From NCBI GenBank assembly GCA_017412715.1, contig JAFPWU010000031.1:1-64000 (forward strand): a stretch of DNA of 64,000 nucleotides. Reading direction: 5' to 3'. The stretch is from Clostridia bacterium. GTDB taxonomy: Bacteria; Bacillota; Clostridia; Christensenellales; Aristaeellaceae. How positions within the stretch are numbered: the stretch's first letter is position 1; each line of letters starts with the position of its first letter. The notes under the pieces were generated by a model. The model worked only from the letters and a program-made list of their open reading frames with translations, searched no databases and was not told where the DNA came from. This document shows, in pieces, positions 1 through 8,378 of the stretch. A program made the translations under genes and the position numbers.

Positions 1-82
1 CGTTTTCAGCCGAACCTATGCTTTCATTTTCAGCACAGAATTGATCGCCCTGCTGTGCCATTCCCATATCCCAATTCACACA

Positions 83-118
83 TGAAAAAGTCAGTCCATA
101 TTTCAGAACTGACTTTTT
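83..118. terminator. Perfect hairpin (aaaaagtcagt/actgacttttt) with A and T runs on either side; bidirectional terminator-like
   Basis: Inverted repeat gaaaaagtcagtccatatttcagaactgactttttca read directly. Confidence 0.5.
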
Positions 119-146
119 CAGTGCCCTTACGCTTCAAGGGTTTAAG

Positions 147-234
147 CGGAGAAGCCGGGATTTGAACCCGGGCTGCGGTCACCCGCACTACTCCCTTAGC
201 AGGGGAGCCCCTTCGGCCACTTGGGTACTTCTCC
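147..234 (-). tRNA. tRNA-Ser (anticodon GCU), long variable arm, ~88 nt, no encoded CCA
   Basis: Minus-strand reading GGAGAAGTACCCAAGTGGCCGAAGGGGCTCCCCTGCTAAGGGAG...GGTTCAAATCCCGGCTTCTCCG. 7-bp acceptor stem, GCT in the anticodon loop, TPsiC arm GGTTCAAATCC. Confidence 0.8.
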
Positions 235-245
235 AGGCCGGTCAG

Positions 246-331
246 CGGAGCGAGAGGGATTCGAACCCCCGGTACCTTTCGGTATCACTGGTTTTCAAGA
301 CCAGCGCCTTCAACCGCTCGGCCATCGCTCC
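246..331 (-). tRNA. tRNA-Ser (anticodon UGA), long variable arm
   Basis: Minus-strand GGAGCGATGGCCGAGCGGTTGAAGGCGCTGGTCTTGAAAACCAG...GGTTCGAATCCCTCTCGCTCCG. Anticodon loop CTTGAAA, T-arm GGTTCGAATCC. Confidence 0.8.
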
Positions 332-519
332 AGGTTCAACCAGCGAAAGCTATGATACCATGAGAAAACACTTCCGTCAAGGAAAAATTTTTCCCCGGAT
401 CCTTCTCTCCGCTGGAAAAGCTCAGCCAGGTACAGGCAGGTCAACCCCGCTTCCGCGGCCTCCCCCATCGCGTCCTCGGGCGCGATGGGGGGCTTTCATC
501 CTCAGCGCCGCCAGGATCC

Positions 520-1176
520 TCAGGGCTCCGCGGTTCTGGATGCATAGTCCTTCTCAATTTCCTCCTTCCAGGCTGCGCCAACCGGCTGCGCGCAGGTTCT
601 CATCATGCCGATGGTATCGCTGACAATCCTGTAGTTCAGCTCCACGCCTCTGGAGTCATTATGATACCGAACGGCCCGGTCAGCGCCGATGCCCACCCTG
701 GCGGCCGTCTCCACGGCGTCGATATTGGCCCCCAGGAACAGGAACTCCCATCCGTACCTTTTCTTCTGCCGCTCCACCATTCTCTTCACCTGGTCGCTGC
801 TGTAGGACCGGCTGGCGTTCTCCATGCCGTCGGTGGTAATAATGAAGATGGTATGCTCCGGCCGGTCCTCCTCCCTGGCGTATTTATGGACATTGCCGAT
901 ATGATGGATCGCGCCGCCGATCGCGTCGATCAGCGCCGTTCCGCCGCCGACCCGGTATTCCCGCTCCGTCAGGGGTTCGATCTTCCCGATATCGACCCGG
1001 TCATGGATCACGCGGCTGTCGTAGGAGAAGAGCACGGTGGAGACCAGGGCCTCCCCTTCCGCCTCGCGCTGCTTCTCGATCATGGCGTTGAAACCGCCGA
1101 TGGTGTCCGCTTCCATGCCGGCCATGGATCCGCTTTTATCCAGAATAAAAACCATTTCTGTCAGATTCTTTCTCAT
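520..1176 (-). CDS. Cytoplasmic von Willebrand factor A (vWA) domain protein, 218 aa
   Basis: MIDAS motif DKSGSM near the N-terminus, vWA-like TDG motif later. ATG with RBS GGAGGAAG upstream. No signal peptide. Confidence 0.8.
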   Translation of the reverse strand: MRKNLTEMVFILDKSGSMAGMEADTIGGFNAMIEKQREAEGEALVSTVLFSYDSRVIHDRVDIGKIEPLTEREYRVGGGTALIDAIGGAIHHIGNVHKYAREEDRPEHTIFIITTDGMENASRSYSSDQVKRMVERQKKRYGWEFLFLGANIDAVETAARVGIGADRAVRYHNDSRGVELNYRIVSDTIGMMRTCAQPVGAAWKEEIEKDYASRTAEP

Positions 1177-1303
1177 CGATTTCTTCCTCCTTCATGTTTT
1201 CGGGAGCTTTTCCTTCGCTCCGGGTGTATCATACAGGAACGGCAGTCCGAACTGGTCGCCTGCGAAGCGACAATTTCTGATTTGAACTGAATGAATTTTA
1301 TAT

Positions 1304-1339
1304 TTGCCTATTGACTTAATAGGCAATAAGTTCTATAAT
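1304..1339 (+). promoter_or_regulatory. Sigma70-type promoter (TTGACT-17-TATAAT) overlapped by a 9-5-9 perfect palindrome TTGCCTATT-gactt-AATAGGCAA; candidate repressor operator for cysK
   Basis: -35 at 1311-1316, -10 at 1334-1339, palindrome at 1304-1326, all read directly. 41 nt upstream of the cysK ATG. Confidence 0.5.
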
Positions 1340-1380
1340 CTGGCCCATCCACATTGAGACAGGAAAGGAGTGTTATCGAA

Positions 1381-2316
1381 ATGGCAAACATCTACAAGGG
1401 CACCCTGGGGCTCATTGGAAACACGCCCCTGGTAGAAGTGGCAAACATCGAAAAGGAACTGGGGCTGGAGGCCACCGTCCTGGTCAAGCTGGAGTATTTT
1501 AATCCCGCCGGCAGCGTAAAGGACCGGATCGCCAAGGCCATGATTGAGGACGCTGAGCAGAAGGGCCTGCTGAAGGAGGGTTCCGTCATTATCGAGCCCA
1601 CCAGCGGAAACACGGGCATCGGCCTGGCCGCCATCGCCGCCGCCAAGGGCTATCGGATCATTCTCACCATGCCGGAGACCATGAGCATGGAGCGGCGGAA
1701 TATTCTGAAGGCCTACGGCGCGGAGCTGGTGCTGACCGAGGGATCCAAGGGAATGAAGGGCGCCATCGCCAAGGCGGACGAGCTGGCGAAGGAGATCCCC
1801 GGCAGCTTCATTCCCGGCCAGTTTGTAAACCCGGCAAACCCTGCCATGCATAAGGCCACCACCGGCCCCGAAATCTGGAGAGATACGGACGGAAAGGTGG
1901 ATATCTTCATCGCCGGGGTGGGCACCGGCGGTACGCTGACCGGCGTGGGCGAATACCTGAAAGCGCAGAATCCAGCCGTCCGGATCGTCGCCCTGGAGCC
2001 CGCCGATTCCCCCGTGCTCTCCGAGGGGAAAGCCGGGGCCCACAAGATTCAGGGCATCGGCGCAGGTTTTGTGCCGGAAGTGCTGAACACCGAAATCTAT
2101 GACGAAATCTTCCGGGCGGAGGCCCAGGATGCCTTCAGTACCGCCAAACTGCTGGCTAAAAAGGAAGGAATCTCCGTCGGGATCTCCTCCGGAGCCGCCC
2201 TTTACGGCGCCATCCAGCTGGCCCGGAGGCCGGAAAACAAGGGCAAGACCATCGTGGCCCTGCTGCCCGACAGCGGAGACCGGTACTATTCCACCCCGCT
2301 CTTCACGGAAGCTTGA
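1381..2316 (+). CDS. cysK: Cysteine synthase A (O-acetylserine sulfhydrylase), PLP-dependent
   Basis: ATG at 1381 with RBS AGGAAAGGAG (the track starts at a TTG at 1354). CysK-like motifs [22 protein letters not shown] and GTGGT. Confidence 0.9.
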   Translation: MANIYKGTLGLIGNTPLVEVANIEKELGLEATVLVKLEYFNPAGSVKDRIAKAMIEDAEQKGLLKEGSVIIEPTSGNTGIGLAAIAAAKGYRIILTMPETMSMERRNILKAYGAELVLTEGSKGMKGAIAKADELAKEIPGSFIPGQFVNPANPAMHKATTGPEIWRDTDGKVDIFIAGVGTGGTLTGVGEYLKAQNPAVRIVALEPADSPVLSEGKAGAHKIQGIGAGFVPEVLNTEIYDEIFRAEAQDAFSTAKLLAKKEGISVGISSGAALYGAIQLARRPENKGKTIVALLPDSGDRYYSTPLFTEA

Positions 2317-2343
2317 GAAAACAACCCCGGTTGATTCCATATT

Positions 2344-2397
2344 CCGGCGGTCATCCCCTGAGCGAAGGGGATGACCGCCGGAAGAACTTTTATTCAG
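2344..2397 (+). terminator. Intrinsic terminator after cysK: 15-bp stem ccggcggtcatcccc/ggggatgaccgccgg followed by a U-rich stretch
   Basis: Inverted repeat read directly; sits 28 nt after the cysK stop. Confidence 0.55.
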
Positions 2398-2634
2398 CGT
2401 CTTCCCGGAAAGCCTTTTGCCCCCCGGGCAGGACGTTGTTTTTTTGATGTTTGCTTTGGCCGGATTGATTGACAGAAGCGGCAGGCAGGATTTATCCTCT
2501 TTTCATAGAAGTGAAAGGCTGAAGAGGGGCTGAATCACATGCTTGCCGCTTCACTGTCCGCGGCATGCCCGGCGCATGGACAGTCCGGCGGCCGGATGCC
2601 CCCTGCGAGGAAACGAGGAAAGGCGGGAGAATAA

Positions 2635-4164
2635 ATGGAAGGCTTTCTCAACGCGGTGACCAACGTGAACAACGCTGTCAACGGCTTCGTATGGGGCGTG
2701 CCCGCGCTGGCTCTGCTGGCGTTCGTGGGCGTGCTGATGACCGTGCGGACAAAGGTATTCCAGGTCAGCCATTTCCGTCACTGGGTGAAGAAGACCATCG
2801 GCGCGGTATTCCATGATAAGCATGTCACGACGCATACCTCGGACAAGAGCATTTCCCAGTTCCAGAGCCTGTGCACCGCGCTGGCGGCGACGGTCGGAAC
2901 CGGCAACATCGTCGGCGTGGCCGGAGCCATCATGGTGGGCGGCCCCGGCGCGGTCTTCTGGATGTGGGTCATGGCCTTCCTGGGCATGATGACCAACTAT
3001 TCCGAGAATGTCCTGGGCATCTATTACCGCCGCAAAAACTCCAAGGGCGAGTGGTCTGGCGGCGCGATGTACTATCTGCGGGACGGTCTCGGCGCCATGA
3101 AGGGCTGCGCCGGTCTCGGCAAGGCCCTGGCCTGGCTGTTCTCCCTGTTCTGCCTGATCGCCTCCTTCGGCATCGGCAACATGACCCAGGTTAACTCCAT
3201 TTCCGGCAACATGGAAGCGGTCTTCGGCGTGCCCACCTGGGTTACGGGCGTTGTCATCATGGTGCTGGTGGGCCTGGTGGTGGTAGGCGGCCTGAAGCGG
3301 ATCGCCTCCGTCACGGAGAAGATCGTCCCCTTCATGGTCATCCTGTATATGGTCGGCACCGTGGCGATCTTCATCATCAACATCTCCCATTTCGGCGCGG
3401 TTTTCTCCGCCATCTTCCGGGGCGCCTTCGCGGCCAAGTCCGCCGCGGGCGGCATCGTGGGCTACGGGATCAAGCTGGCCATCGAGCAGGGCATGAAGCG
3501 CGGCGTTTTCTCCAACGAAGCCGGTCTCGGTTCCTCGGTTATGGTCCACTCCAACTCCAATGTCCGGGAGCCGGTCAAGCAGGGCATGTGGGGCATCTTT
3601 GAAGTATTTGCCGACACGATCATCGTCTGCACCCTGACCGCCTTCTCCGTGCTGTCCTCCGGGCTGGTAGACCTGGAAACCGGCGCCACGGCCGCCACCT
3701 TTGTCACAAAAGCCGGCGTCGAGCTGGAGCTGACCAAGGCCAACCTGGTCTCCTCCGTGTTCAATCAGCAGTTCGGTTTCATCGGCTCCGCCTTTATCGC
3801 GGTTTCCATCATGCTCTTCGCCTTCTCCACCGTGCTGGGCTGGAGCCATTACGGGACAAAGGCCTGCGAGTACCTGCTGGGCGAGAAGCACACCATCCCC
3901 TACCGCATCCTGTTCGTCCTGCTGGTGTTCGGCGGCGCGGTCATGGGGGACAATCTGGCCTGGGATCTGGCGGACACCTTCAACGGCCTGATGATGATTC
4001 CCAACCTGATCGGCGTCATCGCCCTGTCCGGCGTAGTTGTCAAAATCACAAAAAACTACGTGAACCGCAATCTCCTCGGAAAGCAGGAGAAGCCCATGTT
4101 CTCCGCCTTCCCGGACGTCCAGGCGGAGCAGGAAGCCGCTCCCGTCACCCAGGACGACGACTGA
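2635..4164 (+). CDS. agcS: Sodium:alanine (alanine/glycine:cation) symporter, AGCS family, 509 aa
   Basis: Polytopic membrane protein; the N-terminus MEGFLNAVTNVNNAVNGFVWGVPALALL matches the AGCS-family opening. RBS GGGAGA upstream. Confidence 0.85.
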   Translation: MEGFLNAVTNVNNAVNGFVWGVPALALLAFVGVLMTVRTKVFQVSHFRHWVKKTIGAVFHDKHVTTHTSDKSISQFQSLCTALAATVGTGNIVGVAGAIMVGGPGAVFWMWVMAFLGMMTNYSENVLGIYYRRKNSKGEWSGGAMYYLRDGLGAMKGCAGLGKALAWLFSLFCLIASFGIGNMTQVNSISGNMEAVFGVPTWVTGVVIMVLVGLVVVGGLKRIASVTEKIVPFMVILYMVGTVAIFIINISHFGAVFSAIFRGAFAAKSAAGGIVGYGIKLAIEQGMKRGVFSNEAGLGSSVMVHSNSNVREPVKQGMWGIFEVFADTIIVCTLTAFSVLSSGLVDLETGATAATFVTKAGVELELTKANLVSSVFNQQFGFIGSAFIAVSIMLFAFSTVLGWSHYGTKACEYLLGEKHTIPYRILFVLLVFGGAVMGDNLAWDLADTFNGLMMIPNLIGVIALSGVVVKITKNYVNRNLLGKQEKPMFSAFPDVQAEQEAAPVTQDDD

Positions 4165-4182
4165 TAATCTTCCATTGTCCAT

Positions 4183-4216
4183 GCAGGCAGCTTCCGAAGG
4201 GAGGCTGCCTTTTTCC
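4183..4216 (+). terminator. Intrinsic terminator after agcS (gcaggcagcttcc..ggaggctgcc + TTTTT)
   Basis: Hairpin with T-run at 4211-4215. Confidence 0.7.
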
Positions 4217-4228
4217 TGCAATCGTTTC

Positions 4229-4257
4229 TTGCAATCAAACAGGCCTTTTGCTATAAT
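4229..4257 (+). promoter_or_regulatory. Sigma70-type promoter TTGCAA-17-TATAAT driving the AlaRS-family gene; ~110-nt leader with a small hairpin (gatccc/ggggatc)
   Basis: -35 at 4229-4234, -10 at 4252-4257, 17-nt spacer. Confidence 0.6.
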
Positions 4258-4366
4258 GATCGGGTGCGCCGTAGCCTGAGAAGCATTTCCGCCGCGGGCC
4301 GCATCCCGATCCCTTCTCCGGGGATCAGGCAGGAAATAAATAGATGAAACGAAAAGGGGTTTGCAC

Positions 4367-6340
4367 ATGAAAGAGATTACCTCCGCCCAGCTGCGGGAAA
4401 TGTTTCTGTCCTTTATGGAGTCCAAGGGGCATCACCGGATTCAGTCCGCTTCCGTCATTCCGGAAAACGACCCCACGGTGCTGTTTACCACGGCCGGCAT
4501 GCATCCCCTGGTTCCCTATCTGATGGGTACTCCCCATCCAGCCGGCACCCGGCTGACCGACGTCCAGAAATGCATCCGTACCGGGGATATCGAGGATGTC
4601 GGCGACCCCAGCCATCTGACCTTCTTCGAGATGCTGGGAAACTGGAGCCTGGGCGATTACTTCAAAAAGGATATGATTCCCTGGAGCTGGGAATTCCTGA
4701 CCAGTCCGGAATATCTGGGCCTGCCGAAGGACAGGCTGGCCTTCACGGTCTTCGAGGGCGATGAGGACTGCCCCCGGGATACGGAGAGCTACGACCTGTG
4801 GCGTTCCTGCGGCGTGAAGGAGGAGAACCTTTTCTTCCTGCCCAAGGCCAATAACTGGTGGGGCCCTGCCGGCATCACCGGCCCCTGCGGCAGCGACACG
4901 GAGATGTTCATCATCACCGACAAGGAGCCCTGCGGCCCGGACTGCTCCCCCGCCTGCTCCTGCGGCCGGTATCTGGAGATCTGGAATGACGTCTTCATGC
5001 AGTATAACAAGACCGCCGAGGGAAAATACGAGCCTCTGGCCAAGAAAAACGTGGATACCGGCATGGGGCTGGAGCGGACGGTCAGCGTGCTGAACGGCAA
5101 GAAGAGCGTCTATGAGACCGACGCCTTCGCCCGCATCCTGGACCGGATCGGCGAGCTGAGCGGCAAGCGCTACGGCGAGGACGAGAACGACAACCGGGCC
5201 TTCCGGATCATCGCGGACCATATGCGGACCTCTACCTTCATCCTCGGGGACGACCGTGGCGTCAGCCCCTCCAATACCGACCAGGGATACATCCTGCGCC
5301 GGCTGATCCGCCGGGCCGTCCGTTACGGCATGCAGCTGGGGATGCCCGAAGGCTTCACCGTGGAGATCGCGAAGGTGATCATCGACCAGTATCAGGACGT
5401 GTATCCCGAGCTGGCCCGGAACAGCGCTTTCACTCTGGAGCAGCTGCAGCTGGAGGAAGGCCGCTTCGCCCGGACCCTGAAGCAGGGCGAAAAGGAATTC
5501 GAAAAGGTATACAGCAACGTGGTCCAGACCCGCACCCTGCTGGAGAGCATCAAAGCGGCGGCGGATCCGGTCAGCCTGGCCCGGGAGCTGGCGGAAACGA
5601 AGAAGCTTCGTCCCTCTCCCGATATGATGCCCATCATCGACGCGGCGAAGGCCGGGGACAGGGCCGCGCTGGAAGCCGCGGTGGAGGCCCGGATGGCCGG
5701 GCTTGGCACCATGGACGGCCGCAGCGCCTTCAAGCTGTATGATACCTATGGCTTCCCCATTGAAATGACCCGGGAGCTGGCCGCCGAGAAGGGGCTTCAG
5801 GTGGATGAGGCGGACTTCGCCGAGCGGTTTAAGAAGCACCAGGAGCTGAGCCATCAGGGCGCCGACCAGAAGTTCAAGGGCGGCCTGGCGGATCACAGCG
5901 AGCAGACGGCCCGCCTGCATACCGCCACCCACCTGCTCCATGCCGCCCTGCGGAAGGTGCTGGGGGACGAAGTGGCCCAGAAGGGCTCCAATATTACCGC
6001 GGAGCGCCTCCGCTTCGACTTCTCCTTCGGCCGGAAGATGACCCCCGAGGAAATCAAGGAAGTGGAGCGCCTGGTCAATGTCGCCATCGACGCGAAAGTC
6101 CCCGTCGTCTGCGAGGAGATGACGGTGCCGGAAGCGAAGGAGAAGGGCGCCATCGGTCTCTTCGAAAACAAGTACGGCGAGCGGGTTCGCACCTACAAGA
6201 TGGGCGAATACTCCTTCGAAATCTGCGGCGGTCCCCATGCGGAAAACACCGGAGACCTGGGCTCCTTCAAGATTCAGAAGGAAGAATCCTCCTCCGCCGG
6301 CGTCCGCCGGATCAAGGCGACCATCCAGCCCAAAGAATAA
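4367..6340 (+). CDS. alaS: Alanine--tRNA ligase family protein, 657 aa. Aminoacylation and editing domains are present; the C-terminal C-Ala domain is absent
   Basis: ATG at 4367 (the track starts at TTG 4361). The N-terminus aligns with AlaRS (FLxFxxSKGH, NDPTxLFTxAGM, FFEMLGNWSxGDYFK, WNxVFMQYN, VDTGMGLER). Editing-site HxxxH (HTATHLLH) and CxxxH (CGGPH), then stop 35 aa later, followed by the terminator at 6424. Confidence 0.85.
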   Translation: MKEITSAQLREMFLSFMESKGHHRIQSASVIPENDPTVLFTTAGMHPLVPYLMGTPHPAGTRLTDVQKCIRTGDIEDVGDPSHLTFFEMLGNWSLGDYFKKDMIPWSWEFLTSPEYLGLPKDRLAFTVFEGDEDCPRDTESYDLWRSCGVKEENLFFLPKANNWWGPAGITGPCGSDTEMFIITDKEPCGPDCSPACSCGRYLEIWNDVFMQYNKTAEGKYEPLAKKNVDTGMGLERTVSVLNGKKSVYETDAFARILDRIGELSGKRYGEDENDNRAFRIIADHMRTSTFILGDDRGVSPSNTDQGYILRRLIRRAVRYGMQLGMPEGFTVEIAKVIIDQYQDVYPELARNSAFTLEQLQLEEGRFARTLKQGEKEFEKVYSNVVQTRTLLESIKAAADPVSLARELAETKKLRPSPDMMPIIDAAKAGDRAALEAAVEARMAGLGTMDGRSAFKLYDTYGFPIEMTRELAAEKGLQVDEADFAERFKKHQELSHQGADQKFKGGLADHSEQTARLHTATHLLHAALRKVLGDEVAQKGSNITAERLRFDFSFGRKMTPEEIKEVERLVNVAIDAKVPVVCEEMTVPEAKEKGAIGLFENKYGERVRTYKMGEYSFEICGGPHAENTGDLGSFKIQKEESSSAGVRRIKATIQPKE

Positions 6341-6423
6341 TTCCGTCGGTAATTTTACGCAGCGCAATCCTTTCCCGGCCGGGCGGAAAGCCTCCCCGGG
6401 CCAGTTGATTCACGCGTTTCCTG

Positions 6424-6455
6424 CACTCCCGTCCTTTTGGCGGGAGTGTTTTTTC
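6424..6455 (+). terminator. Intrinsic terminator after the AlaRS-family gene (cactcccg..cgggagtg + TTTTTT)
   Basis: Perfect 8-bp stem plus T6. Confidence 0.75.
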
Positions 6456-6578
6456 ACAAAGCGTCTCCCGGAACATTAATAATACTTTCCTTTTTCTTCC
6501 GGGGAGCGTATAATCATCCCGAATTTGCAATTTCATGGCCGCTGGTTCGCTTCAGCCGCCATTTATTCGAGGTAAGAA

Positions 6579-8378
6579 ATGAAACAGTATATCATGGGCA
6601 ACGCCGCCATTGCCCTCGGCGCCCTGACCGCGGGCATAGGTCTGGCGGCCGGCTATCCCGGAACCCCTTCCAGCGAAATCATCGATGCCATCGCCAAAAA
6701 CGCAGGGGAAGGCACCCATGTGGAATGGTCCGTCAACGAGAAGGCCGCCCTGGAGGTGGCCGCCGCCGCCTCGTACAGCGGCGTCCGGGCTATCGTAACC
6801 ATGAAGCAGATGGGCCTGAATGTGGCGGCCGATCCCCTGCTCTGCCTGGCCTATGTAGGGGTCAAGGGCGGCCTGGTGGTGGTCAGCGCCGATGATCCCG
6901 GTCCCATCTCCTCCCAGACGGAGCAGGATTCCCGCCGGTTCGCGGACTTTGCCCGGGTGCCGGTGCTGGATCCCTCCTCCCCGGAGGATGCCTTCCAGAT
7001 GGTTCAGTATGCCTTTGAGCTCAGCGAGAAGTATCATACCCCCGTCATTCTCCGCCCCACCACCCGGGTCTGCCATGCCTATGCCCCCATCGATGCGCCG
7101 GAGACCTTTGCTCCCCGGCCGGCCGAGGGCTTTGTGAAGGATTCCGGCCGCTGGGTCATCTTCCCCCGCCTTTCCTGGCAGAATCACGGAAAGATTGAGG
7201 AACGGAACCTGGACATGGCGCGGGAGCTCGGCGGCTGGGCTTTCAATTCCGAGGAAGGCGCGCCAGGGAAAAAGGCCGTGGTGGCTTCAGGCATCAGCTA
7301 TGCCTACGCGAAGGAATGCCTCCGCGATCATCCGGAAATCCGGCTGATTCGGGTGGCCACCGCCTTCCCCCTGCCGGAGGATTTCCTGCTCCGCTCCCTG
7401 GAGGGAGCCCGGGAAGTTCTGGTGCTGGAAGAGCTGAGTCCCTATCTGGAGGAGCAGCTCTGGAAGCTGGCGGGCCGCCGGGGGCTTTCCCTCAAAGTGC
7501 ACGGCAAACTGGACGGCGCCCTTCCCCATAACGGAGAGTACAGCGCTGATCTGGCCGCCCGGGCCCTGGCCTCCTATCTGGGCTGGAGCGCTCAGCCCGC
7601 CGGGCCGGACCTCTCCGACGCGCCGGCTCTGCCGGCCCGACCTCCGGTGCTTTGCGCCGGCTGTCCCCACCGCGCCTCCTTCTATGCGGTGAAGCAGGCC
7701 ATGAAGGGGCAGCGCGCCGTTTTCTGCGGGGATATCGGCTGCTATACCCTGGGCAACGCCATGCCGCTGGATATGGTGGATACCTGCCTGTGCATGGGCG
7801 CCGGCATCACCATGGCCCAGGGATTCTACCATACGGATCCCTCCCAGGTGTGCTTCGCCTTTGTGGGGGACTCCACCTTCTTCGCCTCCGGCATGACCGG
7901 GGTGGTGAATGCCCTGTATAACGAGGCGGATCTGGTGCTCTGCATTCTGGATAATGCCACCACCGCCATGACCGGCCATCAGCCCCATCCCGGTACCGGG
8001 CGCAACATGATGGGCCATATCGTGGAGAAAATCGATCTGGCCGCCGTGCTTCGGGGCATGGGCGTCCGCTCGGTGGAAACCGTCGATCCCATGGATCTGG
8101 ATACGGCGGTGGAGACCGTCCGCCGCCTCGCCGGAGAGAAGGGCGTCAAGGCCATTATTTTCCGTTCTCCCTGCATCGCCCTCTCCAGGCCCACGGGAAA
8201 GTGCGCCGTGGACGCGGAGAAGTGCATCGGATGCAGGAAATGCGTCCGGGAAATCGGCTGCCCCGCCCTGGTTTCCGAGGGAAACAAGGTTCGGATCGAT
8301 CCCGCCCTCTGCACCGGCTGCGGACTTTGCGCCCGGCTCTGTCCCGTGGGCGCCATCGGAGGTGAAACCCATGCGTAA
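6579..8378 (+). CDS. iorA: Indolepyruvate:ferredoxin oxidoreductase alpha subunit (TPP-binding plus 2x[4Fe-4S] C-terminal domain)
   Basis: 599 aa; MKQYIMGNAAIALGA N-terminus; C-terminal CxxCxxCxxxCP x2 ferredoxin motifs (CIGCRKCVREIGCP, CTGCGLCARLCP). Confidence 0.9.
   Translation: MKQYIMGNAAIALGALTAGIGLAAGYPGTPSSEIIDAIAKNAGEGTHVEWSVNEKAALEVAAAASYSGVRAIVTMKQMGLNVAADPLLCLAYVGVKGGLVVVSADDPGPISSQTEQDSRRFADFARVPVLDPSSPEDAFQMVQYAFELSEKYHTPVILRPTTRVCHAYAPIDAPETFAPRPAEGFVKDSGRWVIFPRLSWQNHGKIEERNLDMARELGGWAFNSEEGAPGKKAVVASGISYAYAKECLRDHPEIRLIRVATAFPLPEDFLLRSLEGAREVLVLEELSPYLEEQLWKLAGRRGLSLKVHGKLDGALPHNGEYSADLAARALASYLGWSAQPAGPDLSDAPALPARPPVLCAGCPHRASFYAVKQAMKGQRAVFCGDIGCYTLGNAMPLDMVDTCLCMGAGITMAQGFYHTDPSQVCFAFVGDSTFFASGMTGVVNALYNEADLVLCILDNATTAMTGHQPHPGTGRNMMGHIVEKIDLAAVLRGMGVRSVETVDPMDLDTAVETVRRLAGEKGVKAIIFRSPCIALSRPTGKCAVDAEKCIGCRKCVREIGCPALVSEGNKVRIDPALCTGCGLCARLCPVGAIGGETHA

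Noticed and set aside
1333-2340. 335-aa minus-strand ORF antisense to cysK
   Set aside because: Antisense shadow ORF typical of high-GC3 coding DNA. Its composition is Gly/Pro/Arg/Ala-rich and low in complexity, while the plus-strand CysK has clear family motifs. The same reasoning rejects the long antisense ORFs at 2551..4425, 4325..6367, 6552..8450, 8874..10289, 16227..18581, 19192..20517, 20444..23395, 23626..25815, 25825..28374, 28780..29811, 29918..31282, 31383..32579, 32636..33913, 36183..39056, 39318..42446, 42471..43733, 46030..47316, 48511..49845, 49826..51952, 52419..53654, 54925..57300, 57318..58499, 60006..61316 and 61075..62172.
2400-2634. Possible glycine riboswitch upstream of the alanine/glycine symporter
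   Set aside because: I searched by eye for the conserved GGAGAG / CTCTGGAGAG / ACCGAAGGGGCAA elements and found none; only small generic hairpins are present.
4258-4366. Possible T-box leader upstream of alaS
   Set aside because: The leader is only ~110 nt. It has no specifier-loop/T-box (AATTAGGGTGGNACCGCG-like) sequence or antiterminator bulge, so it is too short to be a T-box.
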